Source: Eukaryota sp. TZLM1-RC
Lineage: Eukaryota > Protista > Metamonada: BaSk clade
Direction of reading: 5' to 3'
Assembly (NCBI GenBank): GCA_040285825.1
Contig: JAUPSS010000004.1
Span: 4,493,784 to 4,557,783, forward strand
DNA length: 64,000 nucleotides
Positions 35,210 to 46,632 of the stretch are shown piece by piece. The translations under genes were made by a program, and so were the position numbers. The notes under the pieces are model-generated. The model worked only from the letters and a program-made list of their open reading frames with translations. It was not told the origin of the DNA and ran no database searches. Every line of letters begins with the position of its first letter. Within the stretch, counting starts at the first letter, position 1.

Positions 35210-35612
35210 AAATCTTAGGAAAACGGTTTGAAAGTGCTGCTTTGGGGGTAGTTGTTGCCTAATTGGTAGATTTGTTCAGACCAAATCCATAGCAATCACC
35301 ACAAGCAGTGAGTGTCAATGTATGATGAACACCTACACTACAAGAAACAATGTTAGAGAAGAAGGGTAACTGGAAATTCTTTCTACCAGTAGCATGAGGA
35401 GGAAAATATCGGGAGAGAACACCAGGTGTTGGAGATGAGAATAAAGAAACAGAAGGTGCAACAGAGCCAATAAGGTTTATTCGTTTTGTGCGAGACCAGA
35501 GAATTGAGTTTCCTTTAGATAAGGCAAGAAAATCGTGAAGAGGGAGGAAGAATACACCTAGTTTATGAAGTGAAGGGAAAGTGTGGGAATAGTGAAAACC
35601 TCCCAAAACCAA
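35210..35612 (-). pseudogene. RCC1-repeat-like fragment
   Basis: IVSCSVGVHHTLTLTACGDCYGFGLN, continuing as YQLG after a 1-nt shift. No ATG start. Confidence 0.45.
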
Positions 35613-35706
35613 GTTGAGGGTTAAAAACCTCCCAGAACAGGCAACCAGAAGTCGAAAATAGGTGACAAGTGTAAAATTTGATAGATGAGCTCTTTATTCT
35701 CACTAC

Positions 35707-37667
35707 ATGTCAGACACCCACTCTGTGTCACGTGTATTCACTCGTTCTTGTGCACTTAACTCGCTGCTGACCCCTGCAGCGGTGCAACAAATTCGGACTG
35801 ACCTTCCTGTGGTCACCGAGATTTGTCATGAAGCTTCTTTATTACTTCAATCTTTTCTTCTAAATTTTCCGTTGGCATCTAGAGCTTTAGTGGAACAGGA
35901 TGTATGGTATCTGTTTATGACCGTCATCACCACTGGTTCTTTTCCTAAGCCTTCCACATCTAAAGGCCAACGCCAATTACTCCATATCTTTTACAATGGA
36001 TTTCCTGAATGCCTGAATGCCCACAAGACAGGTCTCTTGTTTCTGTGTGGGAAAATTCTTTAGTGCCTTACAGAAATTCATTCAATCTTTTCCTCAATGA
36101 TTGGCTGCAGTCCCAGAACTGTAATTTTATCAATAGAAAAGGGCTTTCTCCTTACCTTGCTTGTCGGGCTCGTCAATTGGCCTCCAACGTTAAGACACGT
36201 TTACCTAAAATTTGTCAATCCTGGACAAAAAACTTTATTCGTGCTCATTGTAGAGCCCTGGATAAAACAAATGTCTTTGCAAATAATATTCTTTCACTTT
36301 TGCCAGATGAACCACTAGCCCAACCCGAGGAAGTAGTAGTTGATTCTGTTCTTGAATACCTCATCAATTTCAATTTGAATAATTCAAGAGAAAGATTTTT
36401 TTTTATTGAATGCATGTAAGTTTATCTTGAATCTCTTTCAAAGATTTCCTACCACTGCCTCCCTACTGTCCTCACATGATAAAATCACTTTTTCATCAAA
36501 GGAAATTAGTGAGCTTTTTCTCTTCAATCTTAAAATTTCACAATACTTATTCACTTTCTTTTCTCATATGCATTGCTGAAAGAAATTTAGAATAATACCT
36601 TTAGCTTCTCATAAAGGTTCTAAATTTATTGAGGTACCTTCACAAATTTTCCACTCTGTGAAAAAATTTCCAATTATTGAAGGATCATCTTCCAAAACAA
36701 AGTTTATCAAAAATACATGTCTGAAACGAATATTCAAACAATGTCCTTACCAAAAATTCAATATCAACAGAAAAAGTTTGAAAAATAGATTTAACAAAAT
36801 TTTATTGAAAACTAATGGTAATGAACTGCTTTTGACCTTTGAAGGTAAAAATAATGACTCAGAAAACACAGATGAGCTGGATGAACCACCGAAAAAGAAA
36901 AGAAGATCAAAAAATGAAATGAAAAGTGACCCTAATGCCAACAAAACCAGAGAAACACAGTTGAAGGGTACTAAAAAATGCCCCGTCGAAGACGTAGACA
37001 TCCAGTCGAAATTTTACCTGAAAGCCCCCTTATCGGCGTTGATCTTGGCCAATCTAGATTATGTGGTTACTTCTTAAATGATAATCAATGTGGAGTTATC
37101 CCTTGTCCAACTGGCAGAAGATACATGACAAAACCTTCACCCAGTAAACACTCTCCCAACCAATATTCCGTTCAAAATTTCAACCAATATTTGAACCATT
37201 GGAATTTGGTCAGGAGGAAAGTGTATTTGGAAAGTAATCGCCAGAAATGGAAAATAATTAAATTTGATAACCGCAGACAAAAAGAAAGACGGTTCAGAGA
37301 GAGTCTCAACAAATTTCAAAGGCTGGCTGGACATCCTGAAAAACTCTATCTTGCTGTGGGTTCTGCTAATTTCCCTTCTCATTGCCGAAAAGTCAATCGA
37401 TATGGATCAGCAAGGGCTTTCAGAAAATGGTTGTGTTATCAAAAGGACGTGAAGCACTTGTCAACCAGTGAATTTAATACAAGCAAAATGTCAAGTTGTT
37501 GCATGGCCGAGAATATTCAAGCAGGCTCATGGCAGATGCGTATTTGTACTGAGTGTCAAATAGTATATGACAGAGATATTTCCGCTGCAAAAAATATTCA
37601 AATTAAGAAGAAAGCGGAATTGTGGCCGGAAAGATACATTTGCCCAGATGCTCTGCTGAGGAGATGA
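35707..37667 (+). pseudogene. Fanzor1/TnpB-like RNA-guided RuvC endonuclease, ~650 codons, four lesions
   Basis: RuvC-I IGVDLG (D at 37041), Gly at the canonical RuvC-II position (LAVGSANF), alternative Glu in SEFNTSK (37470), SSCC...CTEC zinc finger and RuvC-III YDRDISAAKNI (D at 37575). Upstream Fanzor1-like segments KKFRIIPL...KFIEV and LKTNG. Lesions: 8-bp duplication at 36004-36019, T9 slip at about 36400, TGA at 36577, 1-nt shift at about 37010. Confidence 0.85.
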
Positions 37668-37760
37668 ATAGGGAACGTGAGCATACAGAAACAAAAACTT
37701 TTGAGACCGATCTACAAATACCTTAGTAGCATTTGGTAGATCCACTTAGATACATCAAGT
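37640..37760 (+). ncRNA. Candidate Fanzor omegaRNA scaffold / element right end
   Basis: Overlaps and follows the nuclease stop codon. Inverted repeats ATGCTC(37648)..GAGCAT(37684) and GATCTACAAAT(37709)..ATTTGGTAGATC(37742). Boundaries are inferred. Confidence 0.4.
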
Positions 37761-38529
37761 CGCGAGGCTTTGTTCTGTGAATGCAGTAGGTGTATTTAAG
37801 TGAGGTAGCCCATTGATGAAGATCATGATTGTCTTTGTCAAATGATGCTACATGTCTCTTACAGCCTGTGAGTAGACATTGAGAAAGTTGAAAACAGGAG
37901 TGAATTTCACAGGGGAATGCATGATAAGTGAAATTCACAGTAGTTTGTTCACAAGCCAAGTCACCAATACATAAAACAAAATATATTTGGATCACCATGT
38001 TTTCTTAAGAAGTTTGAAAATTAAACATGGTACAAACATGAACCATGGCTACACTCGCAATGTGTGGATTGTGTTCCTGGAGATGGAACGCAAAGAGCTC
38101 TGAAACAATTAGTGTTGTAGGCACCCACTTAGCATATCAACTACCGTATCTCCATTTACCTGTTTAGGGAGTGCTTCTACACATCAACACCATTTGACGA
38201 GACATTCTGAATTTAAAAAGGAAGTCGCCAATGCACCACACGCTTCCATGGAGCCGACATCTCAGAGCTGCGATCTTGAATATGTCTGAATTGTAGGTTT
38301 TGAGTGTTCCTTGATACAGGCCTCCTCCTTTCCCCACAACCAACGTTGAGGTCCAACTGCCATTCGACAGTGTACCACAACGACTCAGTCACATCCAAGA
38401 CAACTCGTCGTCGATGACAGAGAACCACAGATGACAGTATATTACAGAGGCTTCCACTACCGAGGCGGATCCATCACAGATCAGCACTTATATAGGTATG
38501 CGAAAGTGAAGAAATTGAGACCTGGAAAA

Positions 38530-39110
38530 TGCAACTCCATTGCGTGGGAAAATTATTCCTCATTGTTTTCATTCACATTGAAGACGGTTGTTTGAAATGA
38601 TCGATCCACTCTGTTGAGTGTTCCTCCTCGTGTACTACAATTTGAATTCCGTGATTCATAATGCACTGATAAATATATGGTATGATTTGTGTCAAAACGG
38701 AAAAGCATCAATAACATCAACTATGAATAACAATTCTTCAATTTTGTGTCTCAATTTTCCAATAAGTGACAAGTTGACAAGTGACAAAATAAACTTCCAT
38801 ATAATGGGACGAAATTCATTGATCCATGATTCTCTTTACGAAATCTTGAACTGCTGGTTTTCTCACTATACTTCTTTGATTTGATAAAAAGGCAATGGTG
38901 ATCTGATGATGATGGCAAATTGAATTCAAAAATGGAATAAAGAAAATCAAATCTCCTCATTGTTGTTTCTTGAATTATTTTGTGGAAGTTAATCAAAGAA
39001 TCCCCTACTAATGATAGTTGTCCATATTTTGAAAATGGGACAATGATGAAATAGAGTTACTTATTTCTAACAGCATTTACTTCTTCAATATTATTAGCTT
39101 CTTCTCCATC
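38530..39110 (-). pseudogene. Degenerate non-LTR RLE fragment
   Basis: FDFLYSIFEFNLPSS and flanks are homologous to 43114-43430 and 59700-59960. Confidence 0.55.
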
Positions 39111-39322
39111 CAGATATAAGAAAAAGTGAATAGTGAATAAATAGTGAATAAATAGTGAAGTAAATACTTGAGAAAACACAAAAAAGCATTACTTGTCAAT
39201 CATTATAGACGAAATTTGATGACTTAGTGGATAATTTAAGCCCAATAGATTGTTCCAAGGAAAATATGAAATGTTCCAGTCAATAGTTAATAACGAATTC
39301 CATTACATTCTTCATAGAAAAG

Positions 39323-42253
39323 ATGCCACCTACACATCCTTGCATAGCCAATGATGGAATTCCTGAACAAGAAACAGTTACTGTCATGTCTGCAAAGCAA
39401 ATCAAACAATTCGTACGTCCCCGATTTGAAGCAAACCCTGAAGAATTCTATCCCACCACCACCATGACAGATCATGGCTTCTCACGTGCTCAATGTGGTT
39501 CTTGTAAGCACTATTATTGGAAACATTCCGATAAAATGACCTGTTGTGGAGACAGTAATTGTGTCGGCGAATATCAGTTCATCGGGACTGGTGTAGGAAA
39601 GGGTGCTAACGGGACCAAGATAACCTATCAAGAAGCTTGGGCAGGCTATGAGAGAATCTTCACCACCAATCCTGTTCCCTGCACTGCCATCGATCGCTTC
39701 CCAGTCGTCGCCAGGTGGAGATCTGATATTGACTTTGTTGCTGCTGGAATCTTTTGCTTCCAACCTTACTGTGTCACTGGTGAACTCGAACCCCCTGCCA
39801 ACCCACTTATATGTCCTCAATTCTGTCTTCGTTTCAATGACCTTGACTCTATTGGTCTCTCTGGTCGCCATCATTCAGGATTTGTCATGATTGGTAACCA
39901 AGTCTTCAACTACCCTGATAACTTTGTCTATTTCAAGGAAGAAGTGGTGGCCTATCATTTAAGATGGCTTACTGAGGAGCTGGGTATTGACCTTGATGAC
40001 GTGACGTTGATTGAAGATGTTTGGTCTGGTGGAGGTAATCTGGGACCCTGCATTGAGATTTTCGTCAAGGGACTAGAAGTTGGTAACTTGGTTTTTATGG
40101 AGTATAGATACGGTCAGGATGGTTCCCTTCATAAGTTAGATGTTCAAGTTGTTGATGTTGGTATTGGGCTTGAACGAATTCCCTGGCTTATTAATGGTTC
40201 TCTCACCTCCTACCTCGATGTTTACCCCTCTACGTTGAATCTACTATCCTCCATGGTCAAGGTTGACCCTATTAACGAATCCTGGAAGAAATACGCTCCA
40301 TATTCTTGTTTGCTCAACATTGATGAGTGTGAGGATGTTGATAAAGCTTATGAATCAGTAGCACAGAGAATGGGATTGGAGAAGGAAGAATTGATAAAGG
40401 AAATCATGCCTGTCAGAGATCTTTATATTGTTTGTGATCACACGAGAACGGTTTTAATGGCCATTCAGGATGGTTGTCTTCCTTCTAGTGTTGGCGGTGG
40501 TTATAACTTGCGTAATCTTCTAAGAAGGGTATTTTCCACTTTGCGAAAAAGGAATTGGTGGGATTTAGTTGGTTTGGAGGGCTTGTTTAAGTTATTCGAT
40601 TCACATAGAGACGAATTAGCAGGTATTTACGGACCTTTTGGTCAATATTCTTCATTTAATTCTATTATTGAAATTGAATATGAAAGATGGAGAGCGTCTG
40701 ACGATGAAGCAAAGAAGAAGCTATCTGCAGTATTGAAGAAAACACCACAGTTAACATTGAATCATTGGATTCAACTAGTAACTTCGCAAGGGCTTTCTCC
40801 TGACAAAATTGCAGAAATCTCTAAACAAGAAGTTCCTTCCAATCTCTATTATGAAATTGCTGAAAGACAAGATAAAGTAGCTAAAAAGGAACTTCAACAA
40901 CTCTATGAAACTGCTTCTTTTCCAGCAACTGATGAATTGTTTTATGAACTGGAAAGCCAAGACGAATGGGAAGCAAAGGTCGTTGGAATTCTTGAGAATG
41001 CCGACCCTCATCATACAGGAAAGCGAAACGTGATACTTCTCAATCAAACCTGTATTTACCCTACTTCTGGGGGTCAAGATCACGATACTGGAAGACTTTT
41101 ATTTGATAATGGAGTTGAATTGTTTGTTCAAGATGCTATCAGGGTTGGAAAAGTGGTTTTGCACGTAACAAGCGAAGAAATTCCTGACAGTATCACGGTT
41201 GGGGCAACTGTGAATGGGGTTCTTGACCGTCATCGACGTAATCAACTACGTCAGCACCACACCGCAACTCACATCATTCATGCTGCTTGTGTTGAGACCT
41301 TGGGTCCTCATGTTTGGCAGAATGGAGCCAAAAAGACTGAGGAAATTGCTCATTTGGATATTACTCATTACAGATCACTTACTAGAAGGGAAGAATTAAA
41401 TATTGAAATTAGGGCTAATGAGATTGTTAATTCCTGTATTCCAATTAATATAAGTAACCGGTCAAAGAAAGAAGCTGAAGCTCAGCACGGCTTCTCTTTA
41501 TACCAAGGTGGTGTAGTCCCAGGAAACACCCTCAGAGTGGTTGACATTAATGGAGTTGACCAAGAAGCTTGTTGTGGAACTCACTGTCAGAATACAGGTG
41601 AGGTTGGTACTATTAGGTTGACACGATCTAATAGAATTTCTGATGGAGTGGTTCGTTTATATTTCGTTTCGGGAGCAAAAGGTAGGGAATACACTGCTAA
41701 CCAAGCTCAACGTGAATACGAACTGTGTCAGACAGTTGCAATGCAACCTGAAGATCTAAAGAGCTCAGTTGCCAAATATTTCGAAGGTTACAAGCGTTTT
41801 GACAAGTTTGCAGACTCTTTTGTTCGTTTAGTATTGAATCATTTGACAGTACCCTCTGTTGATCAAGGTAATGTGTTTGTTCGGTTCGATCCTCCTAACC
41901 CATCTATGTTTTCAATGCAAGTACCTCCTTTTTCTGAAAAACTTAAGGAATTAGACAGATCTGTTGTTTTTGTAGGTTCTACTTTTATTTATGGTTTAAT
42001 TGGAAATTCAGAATTGGTTGAAGCTGATAAACTTAAAGAAATGGCAGTTTCCCAGGCAGAGAAATTGGGAGTAACTAATGCAAAGAAAGCTTTCAGTTCG
42101 CGAAATAGAATTCAATGGACAATTAAGGAAGGGAAAAAAAGGGTAAAGAAGGTTGTAGAGGGTGTCTTGGAAGTTTCCTTGCCCACATTGTCTAATACTG
42201 CTCCTTTTGTTGACTATCTCTCTTCCAAAGGATTTACTGAATTTTTGCCTTAA
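39323..42253 (+). CDS. alaS: Alanyl-tRNA synthetase, archaeal type
   Basis: N-terminal CGSC...CGD..C zinc-ribbon, RFPVVARWR, PPANPL, CLRFNDLD, WSGGGNLGP, VDVGIGLER and DHTRT. Editing domain HTATH...CCGTHC. Confidence 0.96.
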   Translation: MPPTHPCIANDGIPEQETVTVMSAKQIKQFVRPRFEANPEEFYPTTTMTDHGFSRAQCGSCKHYYWKHSDKMTCCGDSNCVGEYQFIGTGVGKGANGTKITYQEAWAGYERIFTTNPVPCTAIDRFPVVARWRSDIDFVAAGIFCFQPYCVTGELEPPANPLICPQFCLRFNDLDSIGLSGRHHSGFVMIGNQVFNYPDNFVYFKEEVVAYHLRWLTEELGIDLDDVTLIEDVWSGGGNLGPCIEIFVKGLEVGNLVFMEYRYGQDGSLHKLDVQVVDVGIGLERIPWLINGSLTSYLDVYPSTLNLLSSMVKVDPINESWKKYAPYSCLLNIDECEDVDKAYESVAQRMGLEKEELIKEIMPVRDLYIVCDHTRTVLMAIQDGCLPSSVGGGYNLRNLLRRVFSTLRKRNWWDLVGLEGLFKLFDSHRDELAGIYGPFGQYSSFNSIIEIEYERWRASDDEAKKKLSAVLKKTPQLTLNHWIQLVTSQGLSPDKIAEISKQEVPSNLYYEIAERQDKVAKKELQQLYETASFPATDELFYELESQDEWEAKVVGILENADPHHTGKRNVILLNQTCIYPTSGGQDHDTGRLLFDNGVELFVQDAIRVGKVVLHVTSEEIPDSITVGATVNGVLDRHRRNQLRQHHTATHIIHAACVETLGPHVWQNGAKKTEEIAHLDITHYRSLTRREELNIEIRANEIVNSCIPINISNRSKKEAEAQHGFSLYQGGVVPGNTLRVVDINGVDQEACCGTHCQNTGEVGTIRLTRSNRISDGVVRLYFVSGAKGREYTANQAQREYELCQTVAMQPEDLKSSVAKYFEGYKRFDKFADSFVRLVLNHLTVPSVDQGNVFVRFDPPNPSMFSMQVPPFSEKLKELDRSVVFVGSTFIYGLIGNSELVEADKLKEMAVSQAEKLGVTNAKKAFSSRNRIQWTIKEGKKRVKKVVEGVLEVSLPTLSNTAPFVDYLSSKGFTEFLP

Positions 42254-42473
42254 TTTAGTTTTAGATTTTGTTAGTTTTTCATAAAGTTCTCTGCTTTATC
42301 TTAAAAATATTATTCAAAACAAAAATATTGTACGTAGCATTCAAACATCTAAGTCATTGACTGCTTCATGGTTACATTCTTTTGAAAAATAAATCCACAA
42401 AACACCTATAATTTCAAGTCAAACAAAAAAAGAATGAAGAATGGGAAAAAACAAAAGGACAAAAGGACAAAAT

Positions 42474-42809
42474 CTAAAGATCAACAGAGCCCATAATATC
42501 AACAACAACCCTACGTACCTGCTCGTAATCAGAATTTCTCAAGTCATTGAGCATGATATGAGCAAGAGATCTGTGATGTGAACTACTGACATCCGCAACC
42601 AGTATTATTTTCAGTATTTCAGCTGCTTCAAGAAAACAGGCTGGATCCTCAAGACAACGGATCTCCTTAGCTATAAACTGCTCTCGTTGAGGGTCTGTCA
42701 GAACTGCAAATGTAATAAGAACATCTTTGGGGTTACGATATACCATTGATTGTAGTTCCGCATGAAGTTTTGACTCAAACTGAGTAACTGATTCAGGAAC
42801 AAATGACAT
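42474..42809 (-). CDS. Small hypothetical helical protein (111 aa)
   Basis: ATG-initiated ORF with coding-like composition, convergent with AlaRS. Confidence 0.55.
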   Translation of the reverse strand: MSFVPESVTQFESKLHAELQSMVYRNPKDVLITFAVLTDPQREQFIAKEIRCLEDPACFLEAAEILKIILVADVSSSHHRSLAHIMLNDLRNSDYEQVRRVVVDIMGSVDL

Positions 42810-43113
42810 GGGCTAAACAAATGACCAATTGAGATTGCTAATGGATGTAGATGAAATGAGTCAAGATTGTTCTAAACTTGACCTCTTTCATTTCCCTTGA
42901 AATACTCCACCATTTTAATCGTATGAACATCAGCATTATTGTTTTATGATCCCGTAAACACCCACACTTCCTGCAAGTGGGCATTCCATGTTTAAGAACT
43001 ATCTGAGTCTTTGCTCTTGTGTGAGCATTTGGTTTAAAATACTCCATATTTCTTTCAATCTGTGACTTTTTCCCCTCGAGTACACATCCGTGACATCGAC
43101 AACTTTTCTTTAT

Positions 43114-44490
43114 TTAAACATCTAAATCTAGGTCATAAACCTGACCTGGAGACAGGGTACTTTGGCATTGAAGAAAGTGGAGGCAAAAGAGAGAGATTTT
43201 CGCTAATTCAATTGAAAAAACGAGGCAATCTATTAATGATGGCAAATTGAATTCGAAAGCGCCATAAAAAGATATCAAATCTTTTCGTTGTTTTTTTTCT
43301 TGAACCATTATTTGGAAATCATTCAAACAAGTTCCTGCTTCTACTTATAATTTTCCGTCTATAGAAAATTGGAAAGCATTAAGAACAAGTGGTCTATTTC
43401 TACCAGCATTAGCTTCTTTGTTATCTTTGTCATTTTTTTATGTTTTTCTTTTGCTTTAAATTCAACAGCATCACATGATTAAGTTTTCTTCTTTAAACCA
43501 AAGTTTCATTTGCAACATTACAGGAGACAAAGTCAACATCAGCTTCAGAGTTCTCAATCCAATCACAGTATACTTCACCTCTATCATCAGAACCAAAATT
43601 ATTCAATGACAATGTTTCTTTCAGCAGAGGCTCTTTGATACACGAAATTCTTGCATTTTGTACCATATTGAAAACAGTGTCTCTAACAGCATCATGTAAT
43701 GAAGAACGATAGGTTATCAATTTAGAGCAATTCAGAGCATGGCGCAAAGTGAGTTGAGGTGAATTCAAACAAATACATTTTTCTTTTGATAATAATTGAT
43801 TAATGGGAAAATTCAAATATAATCTCATTTTTGTTACAAACGCTTCATCATTAGCACACAGTCCAAAACTTCGTGGTACAATTGTCAGAAACAGTGAAGA
43901 AACTGGTGACTGATTTTCACAAACACCCTTTTCCGATAACAATGAGTGAAGATCTTGATTTAGAACAGCCGATCTGCTTATAATTTTATAGAGATCATCT
44001 TCATACATTCCAGCCAGTTGTTTCGGTAGTTTTTGAAGAGTATATTTTAAATTTAAATAATTCTTGTCGGGTATTTTCCAATTATTTTTTTATTTGTTAT
44101 TTGATAAATAAATATTCAAGCAAAAACTAGAATTCAATAATCTCAATACACGCATCAACATCATCAACACTCTTAAGTGCGCAATTTTCATACTCTATTC
44201 CAAATTATAACAGTGCTTTAGTTATCATTTCTGGAATTGCTTTAAGTATACGAAAAACAATTCTAATGTGCCAGAAATTAAACTTCAATTTTTTTCCTGT
44301 TCTTTCTTTATATAACTTCGAAAAAAAATTTAATACCAGAAATCCCAATATTACCACAAAATGCAACAACCAATGGAACTAACAGATAAGTTAAATGCTC
44401 AACACACCCAAGCTTTGATAAAGGCTCTTTGTACTTTTTGATTTTGCTCATTTCTGCAAAGCAAAGTGGAGTTTCATCTGTTTTAGCAAA
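43114..44490 (-). mobile_element. Degenerate non-LTR retrotransposon RLE fragments (two)
   Basis: CIC...HALNC...RSSLHDAVRD...KEPLL...DRGE...VDF at 43493-44008. A second 3' fragment (KIKKYKEPL...VPLVVAFCGNIG) lies at about 44150-44490. Confidence 0.7.
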
Positions 44491-44505
44491 ATCAACAGAA
44501 TTGTT

Positions 44506-46565
44506 AAAAAAGCTGGTAAATTTTTGTCGCCAATGCAATTTGGTATTCAAACAATTGATGGAGCCTCAGTCGCTGCTCTGACATCAGACTTGTTTTTTAA
44601 CGGCACAGAAAACAATTTTATTTTCAATTTAGATTTTAGCAACGCTTTTAATAGTGTAAGAAGAAAAGCAATTTATGAAGTAATTCAAAAACATTTTCTT
44701 GAACTATCAAGTTGTTTCTATTTGTTTTACGGTAAACCCAGTGAATTAGTAAATGATGTTTTTTCTCTCAAGTCTTCATCAGGAGTAAAACAAGGGGATC
44801 CTTTAGACCCATTATTATTTCGCATAGCAATCCAAGAATCATTGATTGTTATTAATGAAAAATACCCTTCTCTCCAAATTGTAGGTTACAGGGTTGACAT
44901 CTCCCTTATCGGTCCTTTTAGTGTTGTCCAAAAAACTTCAAATGAAATTGCTGAACAATATGAAATCATTGGTTTTCACTTGAACCCAAAAAAAATGTTC
45001 ATTAATTGGTAATGCTTTCACAGAGTTTAAAATTAATAATTGTAAAATTCCTTTTACTAATTATTCACAAGAAGCTTTTCGTTTTCTAGGATGTTGGTTA
45101 GGAAATGTTGATGAAATTACTAAAAATCTTAACGAAATTGTTGCAAAACTTGGCAATGAGCTTCAATTAATTTCTGAATTAGAAATTGAAAAAACATATT
45201 AAATTTTTGATTTTAAAAATTTGTTACTCCGGAAAAATTACTGACTTATTGAGGTCGACAGCACCGTCATTGTCTATCGATTTTTGCCGATCATTTAATC
45301 AACTTCGTGCAACTTTCTTTGCTTCCCCATTAGAAGTGAATCCTGAGCTAATTCGGGCTCACTTGTTCTCTTCTTCACAATTCGGTGGTGTTGGTTTTAC
45401 CAAATCCTCTATTTTTTGTCAAGCAGCTTTTGTTGGTGGTGGCAAAAATTTGATTTTTGAATTTTTGATCTATTCCCTGAAAATATTCATTTGCTTAGTC
45501 CATCATTTTCAAAATATTTGCATGACCTTGATGTTGCCATTAATAAAATTGCACCACAAACTTGGTGTCAATGTTCTCCCGACTCAGTTCAAGATATTCC
45601 TCCATGAAATTTAGTTAATTTAAGGTATTGTGTGAAGAAGCTTCAACAAAAACTGACAGTAATATTTGAAAGGTTGGATTATGAAGTACGTCTTGGTAGG
45701 GCCAAGCAAAAACTCCCGCTTTTGCAAATTTTTTACTGGATGTTTGTGATAGTTCTGCCTCTTGTTTAATTAATCAAGTACCAAGAATTTATGGTTTTTT
45801 TCTCAATGACTCTTGCTTTTTATTATCTATGCGTCTTCGATCTTTTATATGGCCTGATTATTTTCCTCATGGATTAATTTGTAAATGTGGAAAGACTGTC
45901 ACTCCAACCCATTTATTCAATTGTAATCGATGTATTACTTCTAGATCAAAAGTGCATGATGCAGTTCGTGATCAGCTTTATTGTATGTTTAAATCCTACA
46001 ACATTGAATCATTTTTAGAACCTTTGCTTTCAAATTTGGCTGATGAATCTGACAGAAATTCTTTTGGTGACAGCCGTGGTGATGTGCTAGTTCCCGGACT
46101 TGATGGATCAATGATCATTATTGATGTCAGATCTACTGATGTATCAATCAGCTCAAATGAAAAACTGGCACAATCTTATAACTCACCTTTACGAAGAGCC
46201 GAAGAAGCGAAAATTATCAAGTACAAGAAATAATCAATAACTTAAATTCCAACTCACATACTCAATACATTCTTTGTCCTTTTGCTTTTTCCTTATTTGG
46301 AACCTTGGGTAAAACTGCGTTATCTTTTTTGGACGATTTCTCATCTATTGTCAAAAATAGAACTCGAAGAATATTTGACCAAACGTTTTGGCAAAACAGA
46401 ATTGTATTTTATATTTTTAAGGGAATGTATAGATTTGTCTCTAGCTCGTTGTTATCACTAGGAAATTTTTATGAAGAAAAAGCTGTAGGTAAGTTTTCTA
46501 TAGAAGAGGTGGAGTATGCGGAGATTGATTTGTAAATTTTTTATAATTTTGTTTGAATAAAATTA
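44506..46565 (+). mobile_element. Degenerate non-LTR retrotransposon with RT and RLE domains (CRE-like)
   Basis: QFGI..DG, LDFSNAFNS, GVKQGDPL, degenerate YxDD (YRVD), LNPKK and FLG. Downstream CKCG..HLFNC, HDAVRD, RGDV, IIDV and FWQNRIVF. Several frameshifts. Confidence 0.85.
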
Positions 46566-46632
46566 GAAAGAATTTGGCTTCAACCGAAAATCCTTCACTC
46601 TCAACACCTCTTCTTTGAACCACACTTTCTCC

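Noticed and set aside
23305-36579. In-frame TGA codons in the LTR element (23305) and Fanzor (36577) suggesting UGA reassignment
   Set aside because: The long host ORFs contain no internal TGA, and TGA terminates the 18880 gene. Point mutation (e.g. CGA>TGA) is the simpler explanation.
36415-36590. GTAAGT...TTTAG as an intron rescuing the Fanzor frame
   Set aside because: It would be about 175 nt against 28-34 nt for the host introns, it lacks a clear YTNAY branch motif, and the interior translates in the downstream frame. A T-run slip plus one stop explains it.
37709-37760. Helitron 3' terminus for the Fanzor element
   Set aside because: A hairpin is present, but the following bases (cacttag-a) do not give a clean CTRR followed by T, and no 5' TC end or RepHel gene is seen. 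Left unresolved.
37723-38480. Short minus-strand ORFs and a TATATAA motif downstream of Fanzor as a possible partner transposase
   Set aside because: No DDE, HUH or serine-recombinase motifs in the frames I read, and those frames are interrupted by stops.
4044-42253. Prokaryotic contamination explaining the prokaryote-like genes
   Set aside because: They are interleaved with ALG12, a PP2A-family gene and eukaryotic retroelements on a contig that also carries RPB2 and Rab1, and one of them has spliceosomal introns.
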